Assembly (NCBI GenBank): GCA_004322205.1 | Contig: SCSN01000016.1 | Span: forward strand, 27,118 to 91,117 | DNA length: 64,000 bases | Reading direction: 5' to 3' | From: Patescibacteria group bacterium | Lineage (GTDB): Bacteria > Patescibacteriota > Minisyncoccia > Phycocordibacterales > Zambryskibacteraceae | Shown here: positions 16,702 through 25,556 of the stretch, in pieces | Layout: each line of letters begins with the position of its first letter | Numbering within the stretch: position 1 is the stretch's first letter | The notes under the pieces: model-generated | The model's input: only the letters and a program-made list of their open reading frames with translations | Database searches by the model: none | Told to the model about the DNA's origin: nothing | Program-made: the position numbers and the translations under genes

Positions 16702-17691
16702 TCAGAGGTGTGAGCGATACGAAAGAGCGGCGCCGATTACCGGGGCATATTCAAAAGCCTCTTCGCGGGAAAGGTCGGGTACAAATTGCTCAAGAGAAAA
16801 GACATTCTCCCAGACATCGGCAACCTTAAGCGGCAAGCCCAGAGGCGTCAGGGCAGCAGCCAGAGCGGGGTGATCGGCAAATTTCCCGGAGAGAATGAGC
16901 GCTTGCGGCTGCCCTCTCCGGTCACTCTCATCCTCATTTTCATTGTGCCAGTAGGAAATAACTTTCCTTGCCTCGCTTACGAGCTCTCCCGCCCACGGAA
17001 ATTCTCCGCTCTCCAAAGCGTTGGCCGAAAGTGGAATCGTGGCGGAAAAATGAACAGCGTTCTTGCGGACAACATATACCCCGACCTTCCGGGAAAAGAT
17101 GTGGATGACAGCATAGACAGCCGGATCATCGTGAGCCACCACTGCTTTGACTACCGCTTGCGACTCAATCTCAAAATGAAAGGGCGAGAGCTCAGCCGAG
17201 CGATAGACATCGAGGAACGAGCGGACAACGTGCTCGGGCACTACAGAGACCGCTACCTCAAATGGCTCCCGCCCCTCGCCCCCATCGCGAAGAACAGCAA
17301 AATCAAAAACCGCCTCCGAAAGTGAGAGGGGGACATTTTCCTCAATCGTAAACTCCACCGCGGTGCGGATGTCTCGTTCTCCGGCGCGGGAGATTTTAGT
17401 TTGAAAAAGATAGGCTTTCTCGTCCGGCAGAACGCAGCGAATATAGTGAAGGTCAAAGCGCTTGCGAAGCGAAGTCAGGGCGGTTGTGAGCTCTTGAGGT
17501 TTTTTAATTTCGCCTGAGACCAAGGTGCCTTCGGGTAGGGTCTCTTCGCCGTATCGTTTGAGAACTATATGGTCACCGACGTGCTGAAATTCAACACACC
17601 TTGCATGAGTATCTTCTAGAACTAGTCCTGGAGAGGGCATTTCCAAAAACTTCGGTGTCGGAAAAAAGTCAAAAAAGCTGCGGCTGGGCAT
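16702..17691 (-). CDS. pilM: type IV pilus assembly ATPase-fold protein PilM
   Basis: It has an actin-like fold with a PilM-like length and motifs and leads the pilMNO arrangement. Confidence 0.7.
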   Translation of the reverse strand: MPSRSFFDFFPTPKFLEMPSPGLVLEDTHARCVEFQHVGDHIVLKRYGEETLPEGTLVSGEIKKPQELTTALTSLRKRFDLHYIRCVLPDEKAYLFQTKISRAGERDIRTAVEFTIEENVPLSLSEAVFDFAVLRDGGEGREPFEVAVSVVPEHVVRSFLDVYRSAELSPFHFEIESQAVVKAVVAHDDPAVYAVIHIFSRKVGVYVVRKNAVHFSATIPLSANALESGEFPWAGELVSEARKVISYWHNENEDESDRRGQPQALILSGKFADHPALAAALTPLGLPLKVADVWENVFSLEQFVPDLSREEAFEYAPVIGAALSYRSHL

Positions 17692-17719
17692 AAGGGAAAT
17701 TATATCATTTCAGCGCGCG

Positions 17720-18046
17720 CTAACGAATTAGCATTCCAGAAGGAATTGCACTGCCGACTTCAAGAAGAGAGAGTGATTGTTTGGAGGCGGCGGCCAGAAT
17801 CATCGCTTCACTTATCTCTCCCAAAATCTGGCGCGGTTCAAGATTCGCGGCAAAGGCACAACGCTTGCCAACTAGTACAAAAGGGTCAAGAAAAAAGGGT
17901 GCGATGCCAGCAATAACCTGCCGCGGCCGCTCCTCGCCCAAGTCGACGGAGAGCTTGAGAAGTTTCTCCGACCCTTCCAGGCGCTCCGCCGAGAGAATTT
18001 CTCCAACCCGGATTTCTATTTTTTTGAAATCATCGTGGGTTACCAT
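17720..18046 (-). CDS. tRNA-binding (EMAP/CsaA-like) domain protein
   Basis: KIEIRVGEILSAERLEGSEKLLKLSVDLGEERPRQVIAGIA...NLEPRQILGEISEAMIL is the OB-fold tRNA-binding domain pattern. Confidence 0.7.
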   Translation of the reverse strand: MVTHDDFKKIEIRVGEILSAERLEGSEKLLKLSVDLGEERPRQVIAGIAPFFLDPFVLVGKRCAFAANLEPRQILGEISEAMILAAASKQSLSLLEVGSAIPSGMLIR

Positions 18047-18428
18047 TTCTGTTCTTGCGGTCCAAAAAACTGCGCAGAATTAGGGCGGCTGCCGAAGCGT
18101 CGAGAGATTCTTGTTTGCCCTGTATGCGCTCGGCTTCGATGCTCGTAAAAAACTCCGGCTCATAGTAAACCGGCAGACTGATTTTTCTTTCCAGTTCATT
18201 TTTAAACTTCTCAATCTCGGCAGTAATGGGGTTTTCTCCGCCCGCAAGTGTGCGTGACTCACCAAGAACAATTGCCCCGACACCTTCCTTTACACAAAGG
18301 GCAGCAATGTCATGAGTGAGGTGCGCTGGATTAGATAGAGTGGTTTTGGGAAAGGCAAGCTTTCCCTCTTCGTCAGAGACGGCAATGCCAACTCTTTTGC
18401 TGCCGTAATCAATTCCCAAAAATTTCAC
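18030..18428 (-). CDS. ruvX: Holliday-junction resolvase-like / pre-16S rRNA nuclease YqgF (RuvX)
   Basis: MKFLGIDYGSKRVGIAVSDEEGKLAFP is the YqgF N-terminus. Confidence 0.8.
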   Translation of the reverse strand: MKFLGIDYGSKRVGIAVSDEEGKLAFPKTTLSNPAHLTHDIAALCVKEGVGAIVLGESRTLAGGENPITAEIEKFKNELERKISLPVYYEPEFFTSIEAERIQGKQESLDASAAALILRSFLDRKNRNGNPR

Positions 18429-18475
18429 TCCTCTTAATATATCACCGTTTGCCTCCGCTTGGCCGCTCGTCTATT

Positions 18476-18727
18476 ATGAAGCCTATGGAGTCTTTCCTGC
18501 CGCAGATCGCTTTAGTGAATTCTTACCTTGAAGCTCACCCCGCCCTCACCATTTTTCTTGTCGTCTGGTCGCTTTTCTGGAAAGCCCAGGCTCTTTGGCG
18601 TTCGGCGCAGTTGTCTCACCGCTGGTGGTTTGTTATTATCCTGGTCTTAAACACCCTTGGCCTTCTGGAAATCTACTATCTCTACTTTGTCTCTCGCAAG
18701 TATTCAGTCCAGGTTGAAGAAGTCTAG
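18476..18727 (+). CDS. small hypothetical membrane protein
   Basis: It is an ORF with two predicted TM helices. Confidence 0.3.
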   Translation: MKPMESFLPQIALVNSYLEAHPALTIFLVVWSLFWKAQALWRSAQLSHRWWFVIILVLNTLGLLEIYYLYFVSRKYSVQVEEV

Positions 18728-18816
18728 GTGGGGTGGCAGAGTGGTTGAATGCACCGGTCTTGAAAACCGGAGTGTCCGAAAGGGCACCGTGAGTTCGAAT
18801 CTCACCCCCACCGCCA
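18727..18816 (+). tRNA. tRNA-Ser (anticodon TGA), CCA encoded
   Basis: Acceptor GGTGGGG/CCCCACC, anticodon stem CCGGT/ACCGG, loop CTTGAAA, long variable arm and a 3' GCCA fit. Confidence 0.85.
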
Positions 18817-18840
18817 GAAAGGATTTTGCAAATGCGAGTT

Positions 18841-18864
18841 GCCCGCCTCGCTTCGCTCGGCGGC
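18841..18864 (+). repeat. 23-bp GC-rich motif gccgcc-TCGCT-TCGCT-cggcggc (copy 1 of 3)
   Basis: It also occurs at 20537-20559, and in reverse complement with two 1-nt indels at 35963-35985. Confidence 0.7.
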
Positions 18865-18947
18865 TAATTTGTATGGGATTTTTGGCGAAAAAGAAATGCT
18901 TTTATCAATAAGGGCAAAAGAAATTTTTAATCATTTTTTGAAATCAT

Positions 18948-19060
18948 ATGAGATACGTAATTTACACAAGAAAATCGAGTGAAAGTGAGGAACGACAGAT
19001 TTTGAGTATTGAGGCGCAGCTCGCAGAGCTGCAAGAGTATTCCGCCAAAGAAAAACTTAA
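18948..19060 (+). pseudogene. N-terminal fragment (36 codons) of a large serine recombinase, then diverges into repeat R1
   Basis: MRYVIYTRKSSESEERQILSIEAQLAELQEYSAKEKLKIV matches the resolvase-domain N-terminus of the intact gene at 21978 (MRYVIYARKSTEDDDRQVLSIEAQLVELHEFAAKEKLEIV). After codon 36 it continues into the sequence shared with 14366-14426. Confidence 0.55.
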
Positions 19061-19215
19061 AATTGTCAGTGTGCGCGGCGGAGCCGCACATTTTTGCTCG
19101 CCTCACCCGAGCCGCGCGGAGCGCGGCGAGGGAATGCAGTTCGAGCTATTTCTAAAATACACCGCCAGTTAGGAAATCAGCTTTGAAATTTGACTTTGTG
19201 CTAAACTAGTAGTTA

Positions 19216-19674
19216 ATGACGGTAATAGCAGAACTTCTAGTCGCGCTTCTTGGGCTAGCGGGTTTTCTGCTCGCCAATTACATCCGCGCCACTAAGCGAA
19301 GACAGACACCGCTTGTTTGTCCAATCCACGGAAGCTGCGAAGTTGTTGTCCGAAGCCAATTCTCCGCTCTGCTTGGCATCCCGCTTGAATACTGGGGGAT
19401 GGCGTACTACTCTCTCATCACTCTCGCCTACTTTCTTTTTGCTCTCTCCCCTACGGCCGCCCCGGCGATTGTTTCTTACTTTATTTTGAGCCTCACTGCC
19501 ACCGCCTTTCTCTTCTCTCTCTACCTTACCGCCATTCAGGCAGTCGTTCTCAAACACTGGTGCACTTGGTGTCTCTGCTCGGCAGCGCTCTGCACTGTGA
19601 TTTTTTCACTGGTAATCTACGTCTCCGATCTTTCGCTCGCCGCTCTCACTGGCTCGTGGCTCTCACTCTTCTAA
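19216..19674 (+). CDS. vitamin K epoxide reductase (VKOR) family protein
   Basis: It is a multi-TM protein with the CTWC active-site motif (KHWCTWCL) and an additional Cys pair. Confidence 0.7.
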   Translation: MTVIAELLVALLGLAGFLLANYIRATKRRQTPLVCPIHGSCEVVVRSQFSALLGIPLEYWGMAYYSLITLAYFLFALSPTAAPAIVSYFILSLTATAFLFSLYLTAIQAVVLKHWCTWCLCSAALCTVIFSLVIYVSDLSLAALTGSWLSLF

Positions 19675-19723
19675 CTTCTGCGTGATACAATATTTACGAT
19701 GGAAGCGGGCAACTAATACAATG

Positions 19724-20185
19724 CGCAAACAAAATCCTCTTCACTGGCAAGCCCACGAATACGAGGAGCGGGTTCGCGGTGCCGACTGGTTTTGGGCAGT
19801 CGGCATTCTGACGGTGGCTATTTCCGTGACTGCCGTTATTCTCGGAAACATTCTCTTTGCTCTCGTCATTCTCCTCAGCGGCTTCTCACTCTCGCTCTAC
19901 GCCGCGCGCAAGCCGCGGCTCGTTGATATTGTTCTAAGCGACAAGGGGGTGCGTATTGACAACTACTTCTACCCTTACCACGCCCTCGAATCATTCTGGG
20001 TGGATGAACACAGCTCCTCGCCCAAGGCTCTTATCAAATCACAGAAACTTTTCATGCCCTACATCATCGTGCCGCTTGTTGAGGTGAACCCAGAGTGGGT
20101 GCGTCACTACCTTTCCCGGCATCTGCCGGAAATCTTCCATAGCGAATCTGTCTTTCATAAGCTGATGGATCATTTGGGATTCTAA
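19724..20185 (+). CDS. hypothetical membrane protein
   Basis: It is an ORF with two TM helices. The start is trimmed to MRKQNPLHW. Confidence 0.3.
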   Translation, partial: RKQNPLHWQAHEYEERVRGADWFWAVGILTVAISVTAVILGNILFALVILLSGFSLSLYAARKPRLVDIVLSDKGVRIDNYFYPYHALESFWVDEHSSSPKALIKSQKLFMPYIIVPLVEVNPEWVRHYLSRHLPEIFHSESVFHKLMDHLGF

Positions 20186-20319
20186 AGGCTTGAAGGTTCA
20201 ACCTTTAAGCTGTAAGCTCTAGTCCTCACCCCTCGTCGTTCAACTGGCCCGCCTACGGCAAAAAATATGAGTTCAGTTTGTTTTCAAGGGCAGGTAGGAC
20301 ATGCGAGATTGTTCCCGAT

Positions 20320-21978
20320 TTACCAAAGAACGAAGTGATTGGTTGTAAATCGCAATCCCGTTAAAAGTTCGCCCCTGTAGTTCAATGGATAGAATGCGAG
20401 ATTGCGGATCTCGTGATTCAGGTTCGAATCCTGACGGGGGCGCAGAATTAAGGACAAACTTTTTTGGGACGGAGCTTGTAATCGGGGTTCGATTCCTCGC
20501 GGGGGGGACACTTTAGAAAAGCGCAAGTCAGAGGAAGCCGCCTCGCTTCGCTCGGCGGCCATTTCGTATTGAATTTTGGGGGCAAAAACGAATTGGCGGT
20601 TTCGCAAAATATGGTTCGCGCCGATGTTTTTAAGAAATGTTGTCATTTTGGGATAATTATTTTCGGAAAGCAATTTTTCGGCTTGATTTAAGGATAAAAC
20701 GAACTCACGAGCCGGTTCGAGCCACGACAGGCCTTTCTGCTCAAAATCAACAACCTTCTCCTGTAAACGGACTTTTTCGGCCACCAATTTTTCTTTTTTG
20801 GCGGCGTATTCTGCTTGTGTAAGCGCGTTGTCTAAATATACATCAAGCAGTTTTTGGAGCTTCATTTCGTTTTGGGTTAATTTGCTTTTCAAAATATCAA
20901 CTCCAGCTTGAAATTCTTGTTTCGCGTTCTCCTGTTCTTTTGCTAACGCCGCCAAAACTTTTTCAGTGTCGTGGCTCGACAAAGAAACTTTTTGAAGAAA
21001 GGTTTTGATTTGCGCGGCTAACTCGTTTTCTTGGATATAGTGCTTTTCTTGGCATACGCCTTTCTTTTTCGTACATCGGTAGTAGGTATAAATGCCACCG
21101 TTGCCTTTGGCATATTGCGCGGTTATGGAGCAATCGCATGAGGCGCATTTCATCAAGCCGAGAAAAGCAAAGTGGTGTTTCTTTACTTCCTGAACCCTGC
21201 CGCGCTTCGCCATCACTTCTTGGCACAAATCAAAAAGTTTCTTTGAGATTAACGGCTCGTGTGTTCCCTCAAATATCTCACTTCGGTATCGCATGAGTCC
21301 GAAGTAGAATGGATTTTGTAGAAGGTGCCGAACATTGCTTACGGAAATTTCTTTGCCGAGATTTCCGCGCAAGCCGTTTTCCTTGCACCAATTTGCGAGA
21401 GAAAGAAATGTGTAGCTTCCGGTTGAATACATCTCAAAAAGTTTTCTGACCTTAGGTGCTTTTTCGGTATCAACATCAATACCTCGGGTCTTAGGGTTAT
21501 TCAAGTAGCCAATCGGAGCCCAACTTGGCCACACTCCATTTCGGATTTTTTGCCGCAAACCCCTTTTTACATTCTCTCGCAGATTGTCCACATAGTATTT
21601 TGATTGTCCAAAAGCAATATTCAGCATAAAAAGTCCTTGCGGTGTCGGTTCACACCAAAAAGTCGGAAATTTGAGGGAACGAATCAAGCCGCGGTCTATC
21701 ATGTGGATTATCTTTCCTCCGTCCACGGAATTTCTCGCAAGACGATCCGGGTGCCATGATAGTATTCCGTCAGCTTTTCCTTTTTCCAAAAATGACAACA
21801 TTTCTGCGAATTTCATTCGCCCGGGTTCTTTTGCGGTTTTCGCCTCTTGGAAAGAGGCGACAATTTCAAGTTTTTCTTTGGCGGCAAATTCATGAAGCTC
21901 AACGAGTTGAGCTTCAATAGAAAGTACTTGCCTGTCGTCATCTTCCGTTGATTTGCGAGCGTAGATTACATATCGCAT
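20320..21978 (-). CDS. large serine recombinase (integrase/transposase-like); true 3' end uncertain because the ORF reads through the repeat and the tRNA genes
   Basis: It has the resolvase catalytic domain (YARKST...DRQ...), a recombinase domain and a zinc-ribbon (CASCDCS...YYRC) followed by a coiled-coil. The last about 95 codons translate the tRNA-Arg and partial-tRNA region (…PRGIEPR…). Confidence 0.8.
   Translation of the reverse strand: MRYVIYARKSTEDDDRQVLSIEAQLVELHEFAAKEKLEIVASFQEAKTAKEPGRMKFAEMLSFLEKGKADGILSWHPDRLARNSVDGGKIIHMIDRGLIRSLKFPTFWCEPTPQGLFMLNIAFGQSKYYVDNLRENVKRGLRQKIRNGVWPSWAPIGYLNNPKTRGIDVDTEKAPKVRKLFEMYSTGSYTFLSLANWCKENGLRGNLGKEISVSNVRHLLQNPFYFGLMRYRSEIFEGTHEPLISKKLFDLCQEVMAKRGRVQEVKKHHFAFLGLMKCASCDCSITAQYAKGNGGIYTYYRCTKKKGVCQEKHYIQENELAAQIKTFLQKVSLSSHDTEKVLAALAKEQENAKQEFQAGVDILKSKLTQNEMKLQKLLDVYLDNALTQAEYAAKKEKLVAEKVRLQEKVVDFEQKGLSWLEPAREFVLSLNQAEKLLSENNYPKMTTFLKNIGANHILRNRQFVFAPKIQYEMAAERSEAASSDLRFSKVSPPRGIEPRLQAPSQKSLSLILRPRQDSNLNHEIRNLAFYPLNYRGELLTGLRFTTNHFVLW
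20371..20442 (+). tRNA. tRNA-Arg (anticodon reads GCG, unusual)
   Basis: Acceptor GCCCCTG/CGGGGGC, anticodon stem CGAGA/TCTCG and loop TTGCGGA fit. A GCG anticodon is atypical for bacteria, so it should be re-checked with a tRNA finder. Confidence 0.7.
20460..20512 (+). other. partial tRNA-like element (T-arm plus acceptor-like, no D-arm)
   Basis: gggacggagcttgtaatcggggttcgattcctcgcggggggg contains a GGTTCGATTCC T-loop but no complete cloverleaf. It is a possible att-site remnant. Confidence 0.3.
20537..20559 (+). repeat. 23-bp GC-rich motif copy 2
   Basis: gccgcctcgcttcgctcggcggc. Confidence 0.7.
20605..20631 (+). repeat. 27-bp direct repeat DR2 copy (caaaatatggttcgcgccgatgttttt), inside the 3' coding end of the recombinase
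   Basis: It is identical to 22026-22052. On the minus strand it encodes ...KNIGANHIL... Confidence 0.85.
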
Positions 21979-22025
21979 AGTTTTGTTGGATTAAATTGAT
22001 TAAAAATTTTTCCGTCCCCCAATAT

Positions 22026-22052
22026 CAAAATATGGTTCGCGCCGATGTTTTT
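22026..22052 (+). repeat. 27-bp direct repeat DR2 copy, 48 bp upstream of the recombinase start
   Basis: It is identical to 20605-20631. Confidence 0.85.
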
Positions 22053-22238
22053 CTCAGGGTTCTTTTGCGGTTTTTATCGGTGCGGCTCCGCCGGATTTCG
22101 GATTTTTCGCGGGGGGCTTTCCTCGCCGCCTGCGGCGGCGAAAACGGTTCGCACTATTTCAAGAATACTGGACACTTTAGGAAAACAAAAACATCCTATG
22201 TTCCCAAGAAACATAGGATGTTTTTGTTCGCAGAGAGG

Positions 22239-22502
22239 TTATGAAATTTTTCTCACCATCACCGAGAGGCGGGACTTTTTGCGGGCAGCGGTATTCTTTT
22301 TGATGATTCCTCTCTTTGCGAGCTTATCGAACGCTTTCTGAACTTGAGGAAAGAGAGCTTCAGCTTCCGCACGTTTTTTTGCAGCGATAAGTCCTCTGAG
22401 TTTCTTAATAACTTGCCGAGCCGCTTGCAGCTGTCGGAGATTTAGCGCTCGGCGACGAATCGACTGGCGAAGCGCCTTTTTGGCTGATTTGGTAATTGGC
22501 AT
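22239..22502 (-). CDS. rpsT: 30S ribosomal protein S20
   Basis: MPITKSAKKALRQSIRRRALNLRQ is the S20 pattern. Confidence 0.85.
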   Translation of the reverse strand: MPITKSAKKALRQSIRRRALNLRQLQAARQVIKKLRGLIAAKKRAEAEALFPQVQKAFDKLAKRGIIKKNTAARKKSRLSVMVRKIS

Positions 22503-22610
22503 TCCCCAGATACTATCTTAGCTTTCGTGATTAAGCAATGTTCTTAAAGAGCTGGGAAGACTAAAAGCCGAAAGCTGGCAGCTGAAAGCTCTGGTTGCTA
22601 TGATGGTGCT

Positions 22611-23183
22611 ATGATTGCTCGCCTCACAGGCTCTATTGCCCACCGCGGAGAATCGTTCGTCGTAATCGAAGCGGGGGGCATTGGGTATAAAGTTTTTGTC
22701 ACTGGCGCCGCGCTTAAAAAATTGGAGGATGGCAAGGAAACAAGTTTCTGGACTTACTTAGCGGTGCGCGAAAACGCTCTCGATCTGTTTGGGTTTGAGG
22801 GCCGCGAGGAACTTGAGCTCTTTGAAATTCTCATCACTGTCCCCGGTATTGGACCAAAAACCGCTCTCAATGTTCTCAACGTCGCTTCCGCGGAAATCCT
22901 CAAGCATGCTGTCTTTTCAGAAAACACCGCCGAGCTGGTGAAAGTCTCCGGCATCGGCAAAAAAACCGCCGAGAAAATCGTTCTCGAACTGCGCGGCAAG
23001 CTCGGCGCTCCGCGCGAGGTAAGCGGCAAATTTTTGCGCGACGAAAGCGACGCTCTTGAAGCTCTAGTCTCTCTTGGCTATTCTCGGGAGCAGGTTCGCC
23101 AGACTCTCAAGCGCCTGCCGCAGGAGGTAACCGGCACAAACGAGCGGGTCAAACATGCCCTGAAACTCTTGAGCGGGCAATGA
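22611..23183 (+). CDS. ruvA: Holliday junction DNA helicase RuvA
   Basis: MIARLTGSIAH...IEAGGIGYKVFV...ELFEILITVPGIGPKTALNVL fits RuvA domains I-III. Confidence 0.9.
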   Translation: MIARLTGSIAHRGESFVVIEAGGIGYKVFVTGAALKKLEDGKETSFWTYLAVRENALDLFGFEGREELELFEILITVPGIGPKTALNVLNVASAEILKHAVFSENTAELVKVSGIGKKTAEKIVLELRGKLGAPREVSGKFLRDESDALEALVSLGYSREQVRQTLKRLPQEVTGTNERVKHALKLLSGQ

Positions 23184-24502
23184 TATCGCTCATCAAAAAA
23201 CTCATTCCTGACTGGCTTTATAAGAGAGTGCAATCTCCCTATCACTTTTTACTTGCTTGCCTTGGAGCGCTTCTTTATCGTTTCCCTTCGCGTTCCATTC
23301 AAGTTGTCGGCGTTACCGGCACCAAAGGAAAGACGACCACCACCGAGCTCGTGGCGAGTATTCTGGAGGAAGCGGGGATGAAAGTGGCGCTGGCTAGCAC
23401 GCTGCGTTTCAAGATAGGCGCAAAGAGTATGCGTAATCTCCACAAAATGACTATGCCGGGGAGATTTTTTATGCAGCGTTTTCTGCGGCAGGCGGTGGAG
23501 CGCGGCTGCCGCTGGGCGGTGATTGAGATGACTTCAGAGGGGGTTGCGCAATGGCGCCATCTTTTCATAGACTTAGACGCCCTAATTTTTACAAACATCT
23601 CACCCGAACACATTGAGTCACACGGCTCGTTTGAAAAATATCTTCAGGCGAAACTGGCTCTTGGCAGAGCACTTGCAAATTCGCCCAAGAAACACCGTGC
23701 AATTATCGTCAACAAAGATGACGCCCGCGGCATTGATTTTCTTTCCTTGCCCATTCCCAACAAATACCCATTCTCCATCTCCCAAGCCACGTCGTACGAA
23801 ACAAGAGACGACGGGGTTTCGCTTACTTTTGAAGGGGTGCGCATTATCTCTTCTCTCCGCGGTCTTTTCAACATTTACAACATCCTTGCCGCCGCCAGCC
23901 TCGCCTCTGCCTTTGGCATTTCTCCGCAGACAATCAAGAGAGGAATCGAGCGGGTTGGCGCGGTGCGCGGCAGAGTGGAATTTGTAAAAATCGACCAACG
24001 ACAAACTACCAACGACCAACGACACAAAGCGCAGAATTTCGATGTGGTTGTTGACTATGCCCACACGCCAGATTCGCTGGAAAAACTCTATCAGGCATTC
24101 GATGACCGGAGAAAAATTTGTGTTTTGGGAAATACCGGCGGGGGACGAGACAAGTGGAAACGGCCGGAAATGGGACGCATCGCCGACAGCTATTGCGAGC
24201 ACATAATTCTCACCAACGAAGATCCTTACGACGAAGATCCTCTAGAAATTCTAAATCAAATGAAAGAAGGCATTAAAAACAAACCCTTTGAAATTGTTTT
24301 GGATCGTCGCGAGGCAATAAAAAAAGCCATCACGTTAGCCAAAATATCAAGGTTAAACCTTGATAAGGGGGAGCGAAAAAACATCATAGTTTTAGTGACT
24401 GGCAAGGGTACGGATCCATATATCATGGGGCCAAAGGGAAGCAAAACTCCGTGGGATGACGCGACGGTGGTGAGAGAGGAGTTGGAGAAAGTTCCACAAT
24501 AG
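23180..24502 (+). CDS. murE: UDP-N-acetylmuramoyl-tripeptide ligase (MurE-like Mur ligase)
   Basis: The P-loop GVTGTKGKTTT and DYAHTPDSLE are the MurE signature. There is a short Q/T/N/D-rich insertion encoded by tandem ccaacgac repeats (about 23995-24035). Confidence 0.75.
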   Translation: MISLIKKLIPDWLYKRVQSPYHFLLACLGALLYRFPSRSIQVVGVTGTKGKTTTTELVASILEEAGMKVALASTLRFKIGAKSMRNLHKMTMPGRFFMQRFLRQAVERGCRWAVIEMTSEGVAQWRHLFIDLDALIFTNISPEHIESHGSFEKYLQAKLALGRALANSPKKHRAIIVNKDDARGIDFLSLPIPNKYPFSISQATSYETRDDGVSLTFEGVRIISSLRGLFNIYNILAAASLASAFGISPQTIKRGIERVGAVRGRVEFVKIDQRQTTNDQRHKAQNFDVVVDYAHTPDSLEKLYQAFDDRRKICVLGNTGGGRDKWKRPEMGRIADSYCEHIILTNEDPYDEDPLEILNQMKEGIKNKPFEIVLDRREAIKKAITLAKISRLNLDKGERKNIIVLVTGKGTDPYIMGPKGSKTPWDDATVVREELEKVPQ

Positions 24503-24597
24503 AAAAGAGCCCTTCGGTAAAAACCTAAATAGGCCTAATATTAAAGAGGTTCTAAAACAAGCTAGTTGTTAATATCTAAAACCTATAAGCTATTCCT

Positions 24598-25554
24598 GTG
24601 CCTGAACTTCCCGAAGTACAGACGACAGTCAACGGAATCAATCGCTCATTGCGAGGTTTAAAAATTGTTGATGTCTGGACAGACTACCCCGTGCGAAGTT
24701 ACGACCATTTACAATGGTCGACTTCTAACGGGGCTGGTACTCGGCAAATTAAAAATCGACATTTTTTTGACTATTTCAAAAAACAAGTTGTTGGGAAAAA
24801 AATTGTTGGAGCAACCCGCAGAGCGAAAAATGTTTTGATTCATCTCTCAAACGGAAAAACAGTGCTAGTTCATATGAAGATGACAGGACATCTACTTTTC
24901 GGTAAATACCGAAAAGTAAAGTTGAAAGTTAAAAGTGGAAAGTTAAAAGATAGATGGATAGCCAGAGAAGCTGGACCTCTGCGAGATGATTCGTATAATC
25001 AGTTCATTCACTTGGTCTTTACTCTTTCAAATGACAAACATTTAGCGCTCTCTGACGTCAGAAAATTTGCCAAGGTTACGGTTTTGCCAACACAAGATTC
25101 AGAAAAGGAACTTGGCAAGCTTGGCCCGGAGCCACTTGAAAAAAACTTTACTGCCCGCGTTCTGGCAGAGAGATTGAAGAAGAAACCAAACGGAAAAATT
25201 AAACAAGTGCTTATGGATCAGAGTATTATTTCAGGCATTGGCAATATCTACTCTGACGAAATCCTCTGGGCGGCTGGCGTTCACCCCTTGCGGAAAATCA
25301 AAACCCTCTCTAAAAAAGAAGTCGAGCTTATCTGGAAAAACATAAAGACAATACTCAAAAAAGGCATTGACTTTCGGGGCGACTCCCTCTCCGACTACCG
25401 CAACCTCAACGGTCGTCGGGGCGGATTCCAATATCACCACAGAGCCTACCAACAGACAGGAAAACCTTGCTCGTGGCCTGGATGCAAAGGTACAATTCAG
25501 AGGATTGTTTTAGGCGGACGAAGTGCTCACTTCTGCCCCGCGCACCAGAAATAA
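24598..25554 (+). CDS. mutM: formamidopyrimidine-DNA glycosylase (Fpg/MutM, Nei family)
   Basis: The N-terminus is MPELPEV, and the C-terminal zinc finger is CSWPGC...CPAHQK. An internal insertion makes it about 318 aa. Confidence 0.8.
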   Translation: MPELPEVQTTVNGINRSLRGLKIVDVWTDYPVRSYDHLQWSTSNGAGTRQIKNRHFFDYFKKQVVGKKIVGATRRAKNVLIHLSNGKTVLVHMKMTGHLLFGKYRKVKLKVKSGKLKDRWIAREAGPLRDDSYNQFIHLVFTLSNDKHLALSDVRKFAKVTVLPTQDSEKELGKLGPEPLEKNFTARVLAERLKKKPNGKIKQVLMDQSIISGIGNIYSDEILWAAGVHPLRKIKTLSKKEVELIWKNIKTILKKGIDFRGDSLSDYRNLNGRRGGFQYHHRAYQQTGKPCSWPGCKGTIQRIVLGGRSAHFCPAHQK

Positions 25555-25556
25555 CA

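Noticed and set aside
20320-20600. The C-terminal about 95 residues of the recombinase ORF (…SPPRGIEPRLQAPSQKSLSLILRPRQDSNLNHEIRN…) as a genuine protein domain
   Set aside because: The sequence is the reverse-strand translation of tRNA-Arg and a tRNA fragment, so it is almost certainly not a native domain.
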